Assembly: GCF_000007185.1 (NCBI RefSeq)
Contig: NC_003551.1
Span: forward strand, 780,001 to 812,000
Length of the DNA stretch: 32,000 nucleotides
DNA from: Methanopyrus kandleri AV19
Lineage (GTDB): Archaea; JAADCQ01; Methanopyri; Methanopyrales; Methanopyraceae
Direction of reading: 5' to 3'
The notes beneath the pieces were generated by a model. It did not search any database, was not told the origin of the DNA, and saw nothing but the letters and a program-made list of their open reading frames with translations. This document shows positions 17,017 through 24,587 of this stretch, piece by piece. The stretch's first letter is position 1, and each line of letters starts with the position of its first letter. The translations under genes and the position numbers were made by a program.

Positions 17017-18327
17017 CGGTGGTGGTCCGACTCTACCCTGCTGCAGTACTCCGAGTGCCCGTTTCAACTCTCCTTCCGGATTCGTCAGGGTTGGTACCTG
17101 AACACCTAAACCTCGAGCGATTAGCGCCAGCTTTGACAGTCTCTGGGTCAGTCTGTTGAACGAATTGTAGGCGTCCATCAGTGAGTTGATCGCCAGTGCG
17201 ATACCTAGACAACGGACTATCGGTTCGTACGGTCTCACGATTTCGTCGGTGATGGTCGACGTCAGATCGGAGATCATCGACTTGAGGTCGTCTAATATCT
17301 CATTGGCGGTTTCTTCAGATATCCCCAGCTTATCGGCGTTCTTAACTATTGTTCTGAAAGTTTCAATTATACTATTCCCCGTATCCTCGGTTATTTGTCG
17401 TATAGTTTCTACTGGGTTCGTAGCAATTCTTACTCCTATCATTGCATTGTTAATATCTCTAGTGATATTACGTACATCTGATATGGTGCCGGAAACGTCT
17501 GGAACTACTGGCGACAACACTGATCCAATCCACAGTTTTATACCGTTAGAGGGTTCTACATTAATGTATCGCAGGGCGAACTTACAAACGTTTGATGCTA
17601 TAAGGACTCCGGAACTTCCCCTGATACCATTCAAGAAGTTCGCTATTGTTTTAGCAACTTCATACTTAGTATCTTCCGTTAACTTGCTCTGTGAGCTTTG
17701 GTTTGAACTCTGGTTTATAATCTGTATTGCTGAATCAATAACCGGTATAACGTCTTCAGGACTCACGGGTCTATCCTGAAGCTTAGCCATCAGTTTGCAC
17801 GTTTGAACTATGTAATTCTTAATAACATCCGGTGGTACTTCTAATTGTTCTGAAAGTGGTTGCAGCATCGAGTATAACATTGAATTCACCAACATAGGTG
17901 CCACAATGTTGAAGCCTACTTCTCCCCAGTACATCGGTGATGACAGCTTCTCGTACGTCCTATTGAACTGGTATGCTACGGGATATTTCAGCGGTAGGCC
18001 GTGGTCCACTGCGGCGGCTAACGTCAGCGCTTCGGCTCCCAGTTGGGTGAGATCCGCACCTAGCTCCTGGGTGCCCCTGTTCGGAATCGCGCAAAGAATG
18101 GCTCCTACGGCGATATAACCCAGTGCCTTAGGGGCTACCTGCGGGAGTAACTCACCGGATGCCCCTGGCGTCTGCTCCTGCTGCGTAGTCTGCTGGGTGA
18201 CTTGTTGTAACGTCCCCTGAGTACTGGTACTCACCTCCGCGGTCGGGGTAGTCGCAGTGGTATCCGCCGTCGCGGGTACCGCGAGGAATACCATCGTGAG
18301 GAGAGTGGGGAGAACTAGCCTCCTCAC
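17005..18327 (-). CDS. Secreted protein with signal peptide, Thr/Gln-rich linker and long Ile/Asn/Ser-rich predicted helical region
   Basis: The GTG start is preceded by an AAGGAG Shine-Dalgarno site and overlaps the upstream stop (GTGA). The signal peptide is MRRLVLPTLLTMVFLAVPATA. The 1.3-kb frame stays open through a ~41% GC stretch where random stops would be frequent. I recognise no family. Confidence 0.65.
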   Translation of the reverse strand: MRRLVLPTLLTMVFLAVPATADTTATTPTAEVSTSTQGTLQQVTQQTTQQEQTPGASGELLPQVAPKALGYIAVGAILCAIPNRGTQELGADLTQLGAEALTLAAAVDHGLPLKYPVAYQFNRTYEKLSSPMYWGEVGFNIVAPMLVNSMLYSMLQPLSEQLEVPPDVIKNYIVQTCKLMAKLQDRPVSPEDVIPVIDSAIQIINQSSNQSSQSKLTEDTKYEVAKTIANFLNGIRGSSGVLIASNVCKFALRYINVEPSNGIKLWIGSVLSPVVPDVSGTISDVRNITRDINNAMIGVRIATNPVETIRQITEDTGNSIIETFRTIVKNADKLGISEETANEILDDLKSMISDLTSTITDEIVRPYEPIVRCLGIALAINSLMDAYNSFNRLTQRLSKLALIARGLGVQVPTLTNPEGELKRALGVLQQGRVGPPPLPF

Positions 18328-18665
18328 GACTCCTTACCCTCCTTGAGGATCTCCAGTAACCTACGCATGAGCTCCGTTACCTGTTCGCCCTCAACTTCGA
18401 TGTGTCCTCTCACCCGAGTATCGAGGACTCTCTTCTCGAACTCCAGCGTGAACCCCGAGCCTCTAAACTCGCCCGATGCACTGATCTCGTACCGATCTTT
18501 CTCGTCCCATACCCTGAAACTGTATGAATCACCTTCGAGTTTGGCCTCGGTTCTGAGGTTCCGGATTAAATTCAGAGCTCTCAACGCTAGCTCTTCGGTT
18601 ATCTGGAAGCCGAGTTCGGCTACCTTTTCGGGTGTTAAGTACTTCTTCGCGAGCCTGTCGATCAA
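18324..18665 (-). CDS. Small cytoplasmic protein of unknown function (113 aa)
   Basis: The ORF has no signal peptide, shows a mixed alpha/beta pattern, and is translationally coupled to the downstream secreted-protein gene. I recognise no family. Confidence 0.5.
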   Translation of the reverse strand: MIDRLAKKYLTPEKVAELGFQITEELALRALNLIRNLRTEAKLEGDSYSFRVWDEKDRYEISASGEFRGSGFTLEFEKRVLDTRVRGHIEVEGEQVTELMRRLLEILKEGKES

Positions 18666-18709
18666 GCACCGCGACCCCCGCGCAACGAAATCGTCGGTGG
18701 TCGCCGATA

Positions 18710-19576
18710 ATGTCCGGTACTCAGTACAGGTTGATCCCAGTTAAAAGCCGTTACTGGAAGGTAGGATCGGGCGCCGTCGAGAACGCGTTGGAAGCGTTAC
18801 GCGGGATCGAACTCAAGGACGGGGACGTCCTGCTGTTGTCGGAGAAGGCGGTAGCCGTCGCCGAGGGCGAGCTCATCGACGAGCGCGGGTACGAACCGGG
18901 TGTACTGGCGCGACTCTTGGTGATACTGTGGATGAGGGTAGTCTGGGGTAGGATCTTGGGGCCCCTACTAGGCCCTCTCATGGATCCCCCGATGCGCAGG
19001 GAAACGATCGAGAACCTGCGTAACTATCCGTTGAAGGATGGATCCCGGCACAAGCAAATGATCCTCGAGGAGTTCGGCCTATTGCATGCTTTGGAACCTG
19101 TGTCCGAAGCGGGTTGTGACGTCGGGAACGTGCCGGGGTATTACGCGGCTCCGGTCCCCGAGTCCGCGGATCGAGTGGCGAGGGAACTCCGCGAGGAACT
19201 CCGCCGTCGGCGAGGCGTCGACGTGTCGGTTATCGTCGGTGATACGGACAAAACGTATGAGATTCTAGGGATACTGTTCACTACGGTGGCGAGGGCTCAC
19301 CCAGACATCGTCACGGGTACGGGGGTAATCGGATTCCTGGTGGGCAGGTTACTAGCTAAGACGGTTGGCCCGACCCCCATCGCTATAGCAGGGGATGTTT
19401 CGGTGCGGGAAGCCATCAAGTTACTAGATATGGCCGAAGACGTGCGGACGAAAGGGGCAGGTAGGACGGTCTATGACGCCTTGGAAGAAGTGGGCGATCC
19501 AGAATCGCTGGATGAAGAGTTCCTGAACGGCTTTGAGCACGTCCCGATAGTAATAGCTCGACCCGTTACCCCGTGA
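18710..19576 (+). CDS. CofE-like protein (F420-0:gamma-glutamyl ligase superfamily), divergent
   Basis: From the ATG at 18710 the translation reads MSGTQYRLIPVKSRYWKVG..LKDGDVLLLSEKAVAVAEGELID.., then ..SEAGCDVGNVPG.. and ..VSVIVGDTDKTY... This parallels the CofE blocks (DGDVLVV..KAEG, NAGID.SN, VIITDT.GR). A hydrophobic insertion is present (VLARLLVILWMRVVWGRILGPLLGPLM). The longer ORF from 18632 overlaps the divergent gene and is unlikely. Confidence 0.55.
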   Translation: MSGTQYRLIPVKSRYWKVGSGAVENALEALRGIELKDGDVLLLSEKAVAVAEGELIDERGYEPGVLARLLVILWMRVVWGRILGPLLGPLMDPPMRRETIENLRNYPLKDGSRHKQMILEEFGLLHALEPVSEAGCDVGNVPGYYAAPVPESADRVARELREELRRRRGVDVSVIVGDTDKTYEILGILFTTVARAHPDIVTGTGVIGFLVGRLLAKTVGPTPIAIAGDVSVREAIKLLDMAEDVRTKGAGRTVYDALEEVGDPESLDEEFLNGFEHVPIVIARPVTP

Positions 19577-20180
19577 GCTTCAGCCCGTATTTCTCGATCT
19601 TCTCCGCGATCTTCTTCACGGCTTTCTCGGGCTCCTCTTCGGTCTTAGCCCCCGTACATACGGCCTTACCGGAGTAGAACAATAGCATCGCCACCTTGGG
19701 TTCCCTCAGTCTCAGTACCAGCCCTGGAAACTGCTCCGGTTCGTACTCGATCCCTTCGACGTCTTCGTCTCCCACCAAGACCTCCGCGATCGTGTCCAGG
19801 TCCAGTGGTACGTGGAAGTCGATCGACGCTACGATGTTCTGGATCTCCACTTCGGGTTCTCCGTGGAACTTCACTCCGCACTTCTTCTCCAGGTCTTCCC
19901 TGACCCTCTCGACGCTCTTGTAAATCTGCTCCCGATTCTTGGCACCGGTACACACCATTTTCCCGGATCTGAAGATCAATACCACAGTACCGATGTCTTC
20001 GAGCCTGTATACGAGTCCCGGAAACTGTTCCGGTTCGTACTCCCCTTGGAGTATTACGGAGCACTCGTCCAAGTTCACCTCTCCTTTGAGGTCGACGGAT
20101 GCTACGATGTTCTGGATCTCCACTTCGGGTTCTGGTACACCCTCCTCACGTTTTTCCGCCACGTCCGGTTCCCCCCTCAC
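19566..20180 (-). CDS. tbp: TATA-box binding protein
   Basis: It has two TBP repeats, each starting EPEVEIQNIVAS and containing YEPEQFPGLV and GK.VCTGAK. An acidic N-terminal extension is present. Confidence 0.95.
   Translation of the reverse strand: MRGEPDVAEKREEGVPEPEVEIQNIVASVDLKGEVNLDECSVILQGEYEPEQFPGLVYRLEDIGTVVLIFRSGKMVCTGAKNREQIYKSVERVREDLEKKCGVKFHGEPEVEIQNIVASIDFHVPLDLDTIAEVLVGDEDVEGIEYEPEQFPGLVLRLREPKVAMLLFYSGKAVCTGAKTEEEPEKAVKKIAEKIEKYGLKLTG
19828..19860 (-). repeat. Copy 1 of a 33-nt perfect direct repeat inside tbp
   Basis: The sequence gctacgatgttctggatctccacttcgggttct is identical to 20101-20133. It encodes EPEVEIQNIVAS at the start of the second TBP repeat. Confidence 0.9.
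20101..20133 (-). repeat. Copy 2 of the 33-nt perfect direct repeat inside tbp
   Basis: The same 33-mer lies 273 nt (91 codons) from copy 1. It encodes EPEVEIQNIVAS at the start of the first TBP repeat. Confidence 0.9.
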
Positions 20181-21222
20181 ACGGCAGTGCCGGGACGGGT
20201 TCCCCCTCCAAGTACCGGAGGCCTAGGAGGCATAGGCCCCTAGCCTCCAACTCTTCACCGGCGAAGATCGAGACGTCTCCCTCCCAAAGCTCCGACACCC
20301 TCCGTTTTAAAAGTTCGTTTTTAACACCACCCCCGGAGAGAACCAGCAAGTCCATGTCGTACTGGGCCGCATTGATGACGATGGTCTCTGCCACGAGTTC
20401 TACCAAAGTACGGAGCACGTCTTCGGCTGGTGCCCCGGCATCTCGAATGTGGTCTCTCAGAACTCGCTCCTGTTCCGGCGGAACAGGGGCCAAGCTACCT
20501 CGCACACGCCCGAAGACGGGCTTCCCGTCGACGTCAACACTTCTCAACTCCCTCCGAAAGTTCTCGTCGACTTCTCCCTCGGCAGCTTTCTTACCACCTT
20601 CATCGTATTCCTTCCCCAACAGCTCACGTGCGGCCAAGTCGAGCGGGAACGTGCCGACACTGACCACAGCATCCCCGAAGTCGGGCCTTCCGTCCCTGAT
20701 CGGGGTCACTACCGCCATCGCTCCCACGTCCACATGTACGCAGTTCGGGTACTCCTCCGCGACGCAGTACGGTGCACCCACCGCGTCCCCGTCGGGTGCT
20801 CCCCAGGGGTCCCCGTACACGGCCAGCGTCGGTACGCCCGTCTTCTCGTGGATCATAGGTCCGAGAATTAATCCGAGTTCGTCGACGATAGTCCCCACAA
20901 CCGCGAGGTCAGGGTTAACGCGTCGCACACGCTCTATGACCCTGGGGGCTATCTCCTCCCGCAGCGCACGTCGGCTCTCCTCCAGCGTGAACACGCACGA
21001 GATCTTGCCGAAAACTCCCTCCTCCCGCGCTACGATCTCCCAATCCCCATCTTCATTCATAACGCAGTAATCCGTCCCCGTGTTTCCCAGCTGGATCCCC
21101 AACACACGCGTCAACGTCGACCCCCCGACCGTCTCCCGATGACGATTTAAGAGCACCCGGGCGCCGGCGGTGAATCCGGAAACGGGGGGTACTGGATTAT
21201 GCCCAAGACCAAGCACTGGCAC
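20146..21222 (-). CDS. ASKHA-fold (sugar kinase/Hsp70/actin-like) ATPase family protein, possibly UPF0285 / methanogenesis-marker-12-like
   Basis: Contains a phosphate-1-like [25 protein letters not shown] and [14 protein letters not shown]. The longest ORF overlaps the divergent rpl22 start. A likelier start is TTG at 21114, preceded by a GGGGGG run, just before the VLGIQLG motif. Confidence 0.7.
   Translation of the reverse strand: MPVLGLGHNPVPPVSGFTAGARVLLNRHRETVGGSTLTRVLGIQLGNTGTDYCVMNEDGDWEIVAREEGVFGKISCVFTLEESRRALREEIAPRVIERVRRVNPDLAVVGTIVDELGLILGPMIHEKTGVPTLAVYGDPWGAPDGDAVGAPYCVAEEYPNCVHVDVGAMAVVTPIRDGRPDFGDAVVSVGTFPLDLAARELLGKEYDEGGKKAAEGEVDENFRRELRSVDVDGKPVFGRVRGSLAPVPPEQERVLRDHIRDAGAPAEDVLRTLVELVAETIVINAAQYDMDLLVLSGGGVKNELLKRRVSELWEGDVSIFAGEELEARGLCLLGLRYLEGEPVPALPCEGGTGRGGKT
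21145..21152 (+). promoter_or_regulatory. Possible TATA box of the rpl22-rps3-rpl29-sui1 operon
   Basis: ATTTAAGA lies about 50 nt upstream of the rpl22 ATG, and a GGGGGGT Shine-Dalgarno-like element sits at about 21184-21190. It is located in the short divergent gap. Confidence 0.3.
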
Positions 21223-21678
21223 TACTCAATCCCGCCGGAGGAGCTGGACGATGAACGGACTGCCAAAGCCTTCATACGAGAGCTGAGGATCTCCCCGAAG
21301 CATGCACGGGAGATATGCCGCGCAATCCGCGGGATGCCCCTAGACAGGGCCAAAGAGTTCCTACGTCGCGTGATCAGGAAGGAGGAGGCCGTACCGTTCA
21401 GGAAGCACAAGAAGAAGGTGCCGCACCGTCGGCAGATACGGCCCGGATGGGACGCCGGTCGGTTCCCGGAGAAAGCCGCACGGGAGATCCTCCGCGTCCT
21501 GGAGCACGCGGAAGCTAACGCCGAGTACAAGGGATTGGACACAGACCGCCTGTACATAAAGCACATAGCGGCGCACAAGGGCAGGGTGATTCGAGGTTGG
21601 ATACCACGTGCCTTCGGTCGCGCAACCCCGTTTAATACTCCGACGACTCACATCGAGGTGATTCTGGAGGAACGATGA
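21199..21678 (+). CDS. rpl22: 50S ribosomal protein L22 (uL22)
   Basis: Contains ..[34 protein letters not shown].. and sits upstream of rps3 in the conserved order. Confidence 0.95.
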   Translation: MPKTKHWHYSIPPEELDDERTAKAFIRELRISPKHAREICRAIRGMPLDRAKEFLRRVIRKEEAVPFRKHKKKVPHRRQIRPGWDAGRFPEKAAREILRVLEHAEANAEYKGLDTDRLYIKHIAAHKGRVIRGWIPRAFGRATPFNTPTTHIEVILEER

Positions 21679-21691
21679 GGGGACAGTATCC

Positions 21692-22375
21692 ATGGTTATG
21701 TACGGTGAGAACGTGCCCGTGCACAAGAAGTTCGTGCAGTACGGGATGCTTAAGACTGAGCTGGATGAGTACCTCGAAGAGGAGCTAGGCCGTGCCGGCT
21801 ACGGTGGAATGAGGCTACAGCGCGTGCCCAACGCCACCAAGATTATCGCCTACGTTGAGAGACCCGCTATCGCGATCGGTCGCCGTGGTCGCAACATTCG
21901 GCGGGTGGAAGAGGAGGTCCAGGAGAGGTTTCCTCTCCTAGGTCGAGTGTCGATCGAGGTGAAGGAGCTACCGAGTCCGGAGTTGAACCCACGCGTGGTG
22001 GCCAGGCGCCTAGCCTCGGCACTCGAGCGCGGTATCCACTTCCGCCGTGCCGCATACGGCGCGCTACGTCGCATCATGAACGCCGGAGCTAAGGGCGCGA
22101 TGATAATCCTATCCGGTAAGCTCATCGGTGCTCGTGCCAGGACGGAGAAGTTCATGGAGGGAGCCGTGAAGTATTGCGGCGAGCCAGGTGACGAGTACAT
22201 GATCGAAGGCTACGTACAGGCAGTGACTAAGCCCGGTGCCATCGGTGTGACGGTCCGCATCATGCCGCCCGATGTCGAACTGCCGGACGAGCTGGAGATC
22301 AGGCCACCGGAGGAGGTCGAGGACGAGCTGAAGGAACTCATCGGTAAGTCAGAGGACGAGGCCGAGGGGGCGTAA
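21692..22375 (+). CDS. rps3: 30S ribosomal protein S3 (uS3)
   Basis: Contains a KH domain (..RPAIAIGRRGRNIRRVEEEV..) and ..RRAAYGALRRIMNAGAKGAMIILSGKL.., followed by an acidic tail. Confidence 0.95.
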   Translation: MVMYGENVPVHKKFVQYGMLKTELDEYLEEELGRAGYGGMRLQRVPNATKIIAYVERPAIAIGRRGRNIRRVEEEVQERFPLLGRVSIEVKELPSPELNPRVVARRLASALERGIHFRRAAYGALRRIMNAGAKGAMIILSGKLIGARARTEKFMEGAVKYCGEPGDEYMIEGYVQAVTKPGAIGVTVRIMPPDVELPDELEIRPPEEVEDELKELIGKSEDEAEGA

Positions 22376-22612
22376 GTGTTGGGTAAGTTCAAGCTAAGAC
22401 CGGACGAGATCAGGGAAATGACGCCCGAGGAGCGACGGGAGAAACTCAAAGAGCTCAAGGCGGAGCTACTTCGAGAGATGACTTCGAAATCGATCTCAGG
22501 GGTCCCGGACAATCCTGGCAGGGTAAAAGAAATAAAGAAGAACATCGCAAGGATATTGACGACAGAAAGAGAAGAAGAGCTGCGTAAGATCCGTGAGACG
22601 GAAAAGGGTTAG
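22376..22612 (+). CDS. rpl29: 50S ribosomal protein L29 (uL29)
   Basis: Contains ..IREMTPEERREKLKELKAELLRE... The GTG start directly follows the rps3 stop. Confidence 0.9.
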   Translation: MLGKFKLRPDEIREMTPEERREKLKELKAELLREMTSKSISGVPDNPGRVKEIKKNIARILTTEREEELRKIRETEKG

Positions 22613-22631
22613 AGGGGAACTCGGAGTAGAG

Positions 22632-22952
22632 ATGCAGGAAGACGACATCTGCCCGGTTTGCGGTCTTCCCAAGGAACTTTGCGTATGTGAGGAAGTTTCC
22701 AAGGAGACAGTTGAGAAGATCAAAATATACACTGAGCAGGTCCGACCAGGTAAGGTAGTGACCATCATAGAGGGCTTAGACGACGCCGGTATCGACTTGC
22801 AAGAACTAGCCAGCAAGCTCAAGCGTGAGTGTGCCTGCGGGGGTACGGCCAAGGAGGGTAAGATAATCCTACAAGGAGACCACCGTAACAAGGTCCGAGA
22901 GTTCTTGATTAAGAAGGAAGGCTTCTCAGAAGACGCCATCGAGGTCACGTGA
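22632..22952 (+). CDS. sui1: Translation initiation factor aSUI1 (eIF1 homologue)
   Basis: Begins MQEDDICPVCGLPKELCVCE (zinc knuckle) and contains ..GKVVTIIEGLD..LASKLKRECACGGTAKEGKIILQGDHRNKVREFL... The longer ORF from 22593 overlaps rpl29, so the ATG at 22632 is preferred. Confidence 0.9.
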   Translation: MQEDDICPVCGLPKELCVCEEVSKETVEKIKIYTEQVRPGKVVTIIEGLDDAGIDLQELASKLKRECACGGTAKEGKIILQGDHRNKVREFLIKKEGFSEDAIEVT

Positions 22953-23649
22953 TCCCCATCAAAAACACCCTTCTGCCCGATATCTCCTCGGGGAACGCCA
23001 CTCCTACATGGACTTGGTACCCGTGTTCTTCCAGAAACTTCCCCCTCATTCTACACACTTCAAGCTGGTATTCGACAGAACTTTCCGCCCTCTTGAGCAC
23101 CTCACGGACTCTTTCTATACCCTCATCTACGCCGAGTTCCTCCACGATCACGCGGGGGCTGGCCCTACCGTAGCAGCAAGGTACAACGAGTACGAAATGT
23201 GCGTCCGAGTTCACGGCCAGCTTGAGGAGCCTATCCGTGAGCGTACCGCACAGGTGTAATCCCACGATGACATCGGGGTCGTCCGGGAGACCATACTTCG
23301 CCGTCTCGTGAAGGTCGTTGACTTCGAATTCCAAGTTGTCGAGTCCCACTGATTCAACGTAGCGCTCGAGCTCCGTCCAAGTCTCGAACTCCTTGATGTC
23401 GAACCCGAGCACGTCACAGGACGGCGAAGAAACCGCCAGCGCCGTCGTCAGTGTCCCGCGGCCGCACCCGCAGTCTACTACCGTGTCCCCTGGTTTTAGC
23501 CTTGAGCATAGTAGCGTTAGTATAGTCTCAACTTGCTTCTTCTTCCTCCATGCGTCCCGACCGGACCTCGGAAACGCACACCTCGGTAAATACAGACAGC
23601 TCATACCGGAGGGGGTTCGATACCTTAACTCCAAGTCCCCTTCCCCCAC
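22945..23649 (-). CDS. Class I SAM-dependent methyltransferase (Methyltransf_32-like)
   Basis: Contains motif I VVDCGCGRGTLT and later GLHLCGTLTDRLL. The alternative start is the ATG at 23604 (MSCLY). It lies on the opposite strand between sui1 and Rpp29. Confidence 0.75.
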   Translation of the reverse strand: MGEGDLELRYRTPSGMSCLYLPRCAFPRSGRDAWRKKKQVETILTLLCSRLKPGDTVVDCGCGRGTLTTALAVSSPSCDVLGFDIKEFETWTELERYVESVGLDNLEFEVNDLHETAKYGLPDDPDVIVGLHLCGTLTDRLLKLAVNSDAHFVLVVPCCYGRASPRVIVEELGVDEGIERVREVLKRAESSVEYQLEVCRMRGKFLEEHGYQVHVGVAFPEEISGRRVFLMGIT

Positions 23650-23876
23650 CCCCCGACCCTGAGGAACTAGTCGGTAAGAAGTTCAGAGTCGTGAGAGCGA
23701 ACTCCCGGACCTACTTGGGGATATCCGGTCGCGTGGTCGGCTTCACTAAGAACTGCTTGGTCTACGATGACGGTGGTGGTGATCAGAAGATACTCCCTCT
23801 CCGCCACATCGTGATGGAAGTGGAAGGGTTGCGCGTGGATGGCCGTACGTTACTCCGGCTCCTTCAAGAGCTTTAA
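23550..23876 (+). CDS. rnp1: RNase P protein component 1 (Rpp29 / Pop4 homologue)
   Basis: EELVGKKFRVVRANSRTYLGISGRVVGFTKNCLVYDDGGG..KILPLRHIVMEV parallels the archaeal Rpp29 core (..ELIGL.V.V..S....GI.GRVVDET.NTL.I.). The only canonical in-frame start upstream of the conserved core is the ATG at 23550. Confidence 0.7.
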   Translation: MRPDRTSETHTSVNTDSSYRRGFDTLTPSPLPPPPDPEELVGKKFRVVRANSRTYLGISGRVVGFTKNCLVYDDGGGDQKILPLRHIVMEVEGLRVDGRTLLRLLQEL

Positions 23877-24587
23877 CAGTTCAATCGGTACTGGGATCAC
23901 TATGGTGACGTTCTCTTCCGCTGAGACCTCGGAGAGCGTCTGAAGGGTCCTCAGTAAGCCTGGGTTCACTCCTAAGACCTCCGATGCCTTCCGTAGATCC
24001 TGTGCGGCCTGTTTCTCCGCTTCCGCTTGGATCACCCTAGCTCGACGATCCCGTTCAGCTTCCGCCTGTCGGGCTATCGCCCGTCTCATCTCTTCGGGCA
24101 ATATTACGTCGCGGATTTCGACACCGGTGACGTGGATTCCCCATCCCTCCGTCTTCTCGTCTATGATCTCCCGAATACGCTCGCTCAGCTCCTCCCGCTT
24201 CGCTAGAATATCGTCCAAGTCGACCTCACCGAGCACCGATCTCAGTGTGGTTTGCGCCAGGTTGAACACGGCCTCTTCATAATCCTCGACGTTTAGCACG
24301 GCGGAGACGGGATCCACTACCCGGTAGTATATGACGGCGTCGACTTTAATCGGTACGTTATCCTTGGTGATGACTTCCTGAGCCGGTATGTTCTGAGTAA
24401 CGACCCGAAGATCCACCTTGATCATCTTGTCGATGAACGGGACGATGAAGTTGAGACCGGGTTCCCTAGTTCCAATGTACCGTCCAAGTCGTAGGAGTAC
24501 GCCTCGCTCGTATTGATTCACTATCCGAACCGAGGCCGCCAGCACGAGGAGGGCCAGTACTCCTCCGACCACTAGCGGTATGATCAA
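23850..24587 (-). CDS. SPFH/band-7 family protein (stomatin/prohibitin homologue)
   Basis: An N-terminal transmembrane helix is followed by ..VRIVNQYERGVLLRLGRY..GLNFIVPFID..VDLRV.. and an EAERDRRARVIQAEAEKQAA coiled coil. Confidence 0.9.
   Translation of the reverse strand: MIIPLVVGGVLALLVLAASVRIVNQYERGVLLRLGRYIGTREPGLNFIVPFIDKMIKVDLRVVTQNIPAQEVITKDNVPIKVDAVIYYRVVDPVSAVLNVEDYEEAVFNLAQTTLRSVLGEVDLDDILAKREELSERIREIIDEKTEGWGIHVTGVEIRDVILPEEMRRAIARQAEAERDRRARVIQAEAEKQAAQDLRKASEVLGVNPGLLRTLQTLSEVSAEENVTIVIPVPIELLKLLKEPE

Noticed and set aside
17186-17779. 197-aa plus-strand ORF inside the low-GC island
   Set aside because: It is tempting because an open frame in AT-rich DNA is unusual. It has no Shine-Dalgarno site, runs antisense to the longer ORF that has a signal peptide, Shine-Dalgarno site and coupled start, and its hydrophobic translation mirrors the sense-strand codon pattern.
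10663-18327. Possible paralogy between the hydrophobic C-terminal half of the 335-aa secreted protein (10663-11670) and the N-terminal third of the 440-aa secreted protein (17005-18327)
   Set aside because: Only short, composition-driven similarities were seen by eye (D-H ... VAP(L/M)L, ELG..L). This is not enough to claim homology without a statistical alignment.
20099-21070. 323-aa plus-strand ORF opposite the ASKHA-fold gene
   Set aside because: The product is Ser/Thr/Pro-rich with no motifs, and the ORF lies entirely antisense to an ORF with clear ASKHA phosphate-binding motifs.
21110-21198. GAUGACG motif in the rpl22 / ASKHA-fold gene divergent gap, considered as a C box
   Set aside because: There is no D box or internal boxes at appropriate spacing. 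The AT-rich element there is better explained as a TATA box.
24367-24396. GUGAUGA followed by two CUGA motifs (plus strand), considered as a C/D sRNA
   Set aside because: The spacing is wrong (4 nt and 11 nt instead of about 12 nt guides), there is no C'/D' pair, and it lies antisense within the conserved stomatin coding region.
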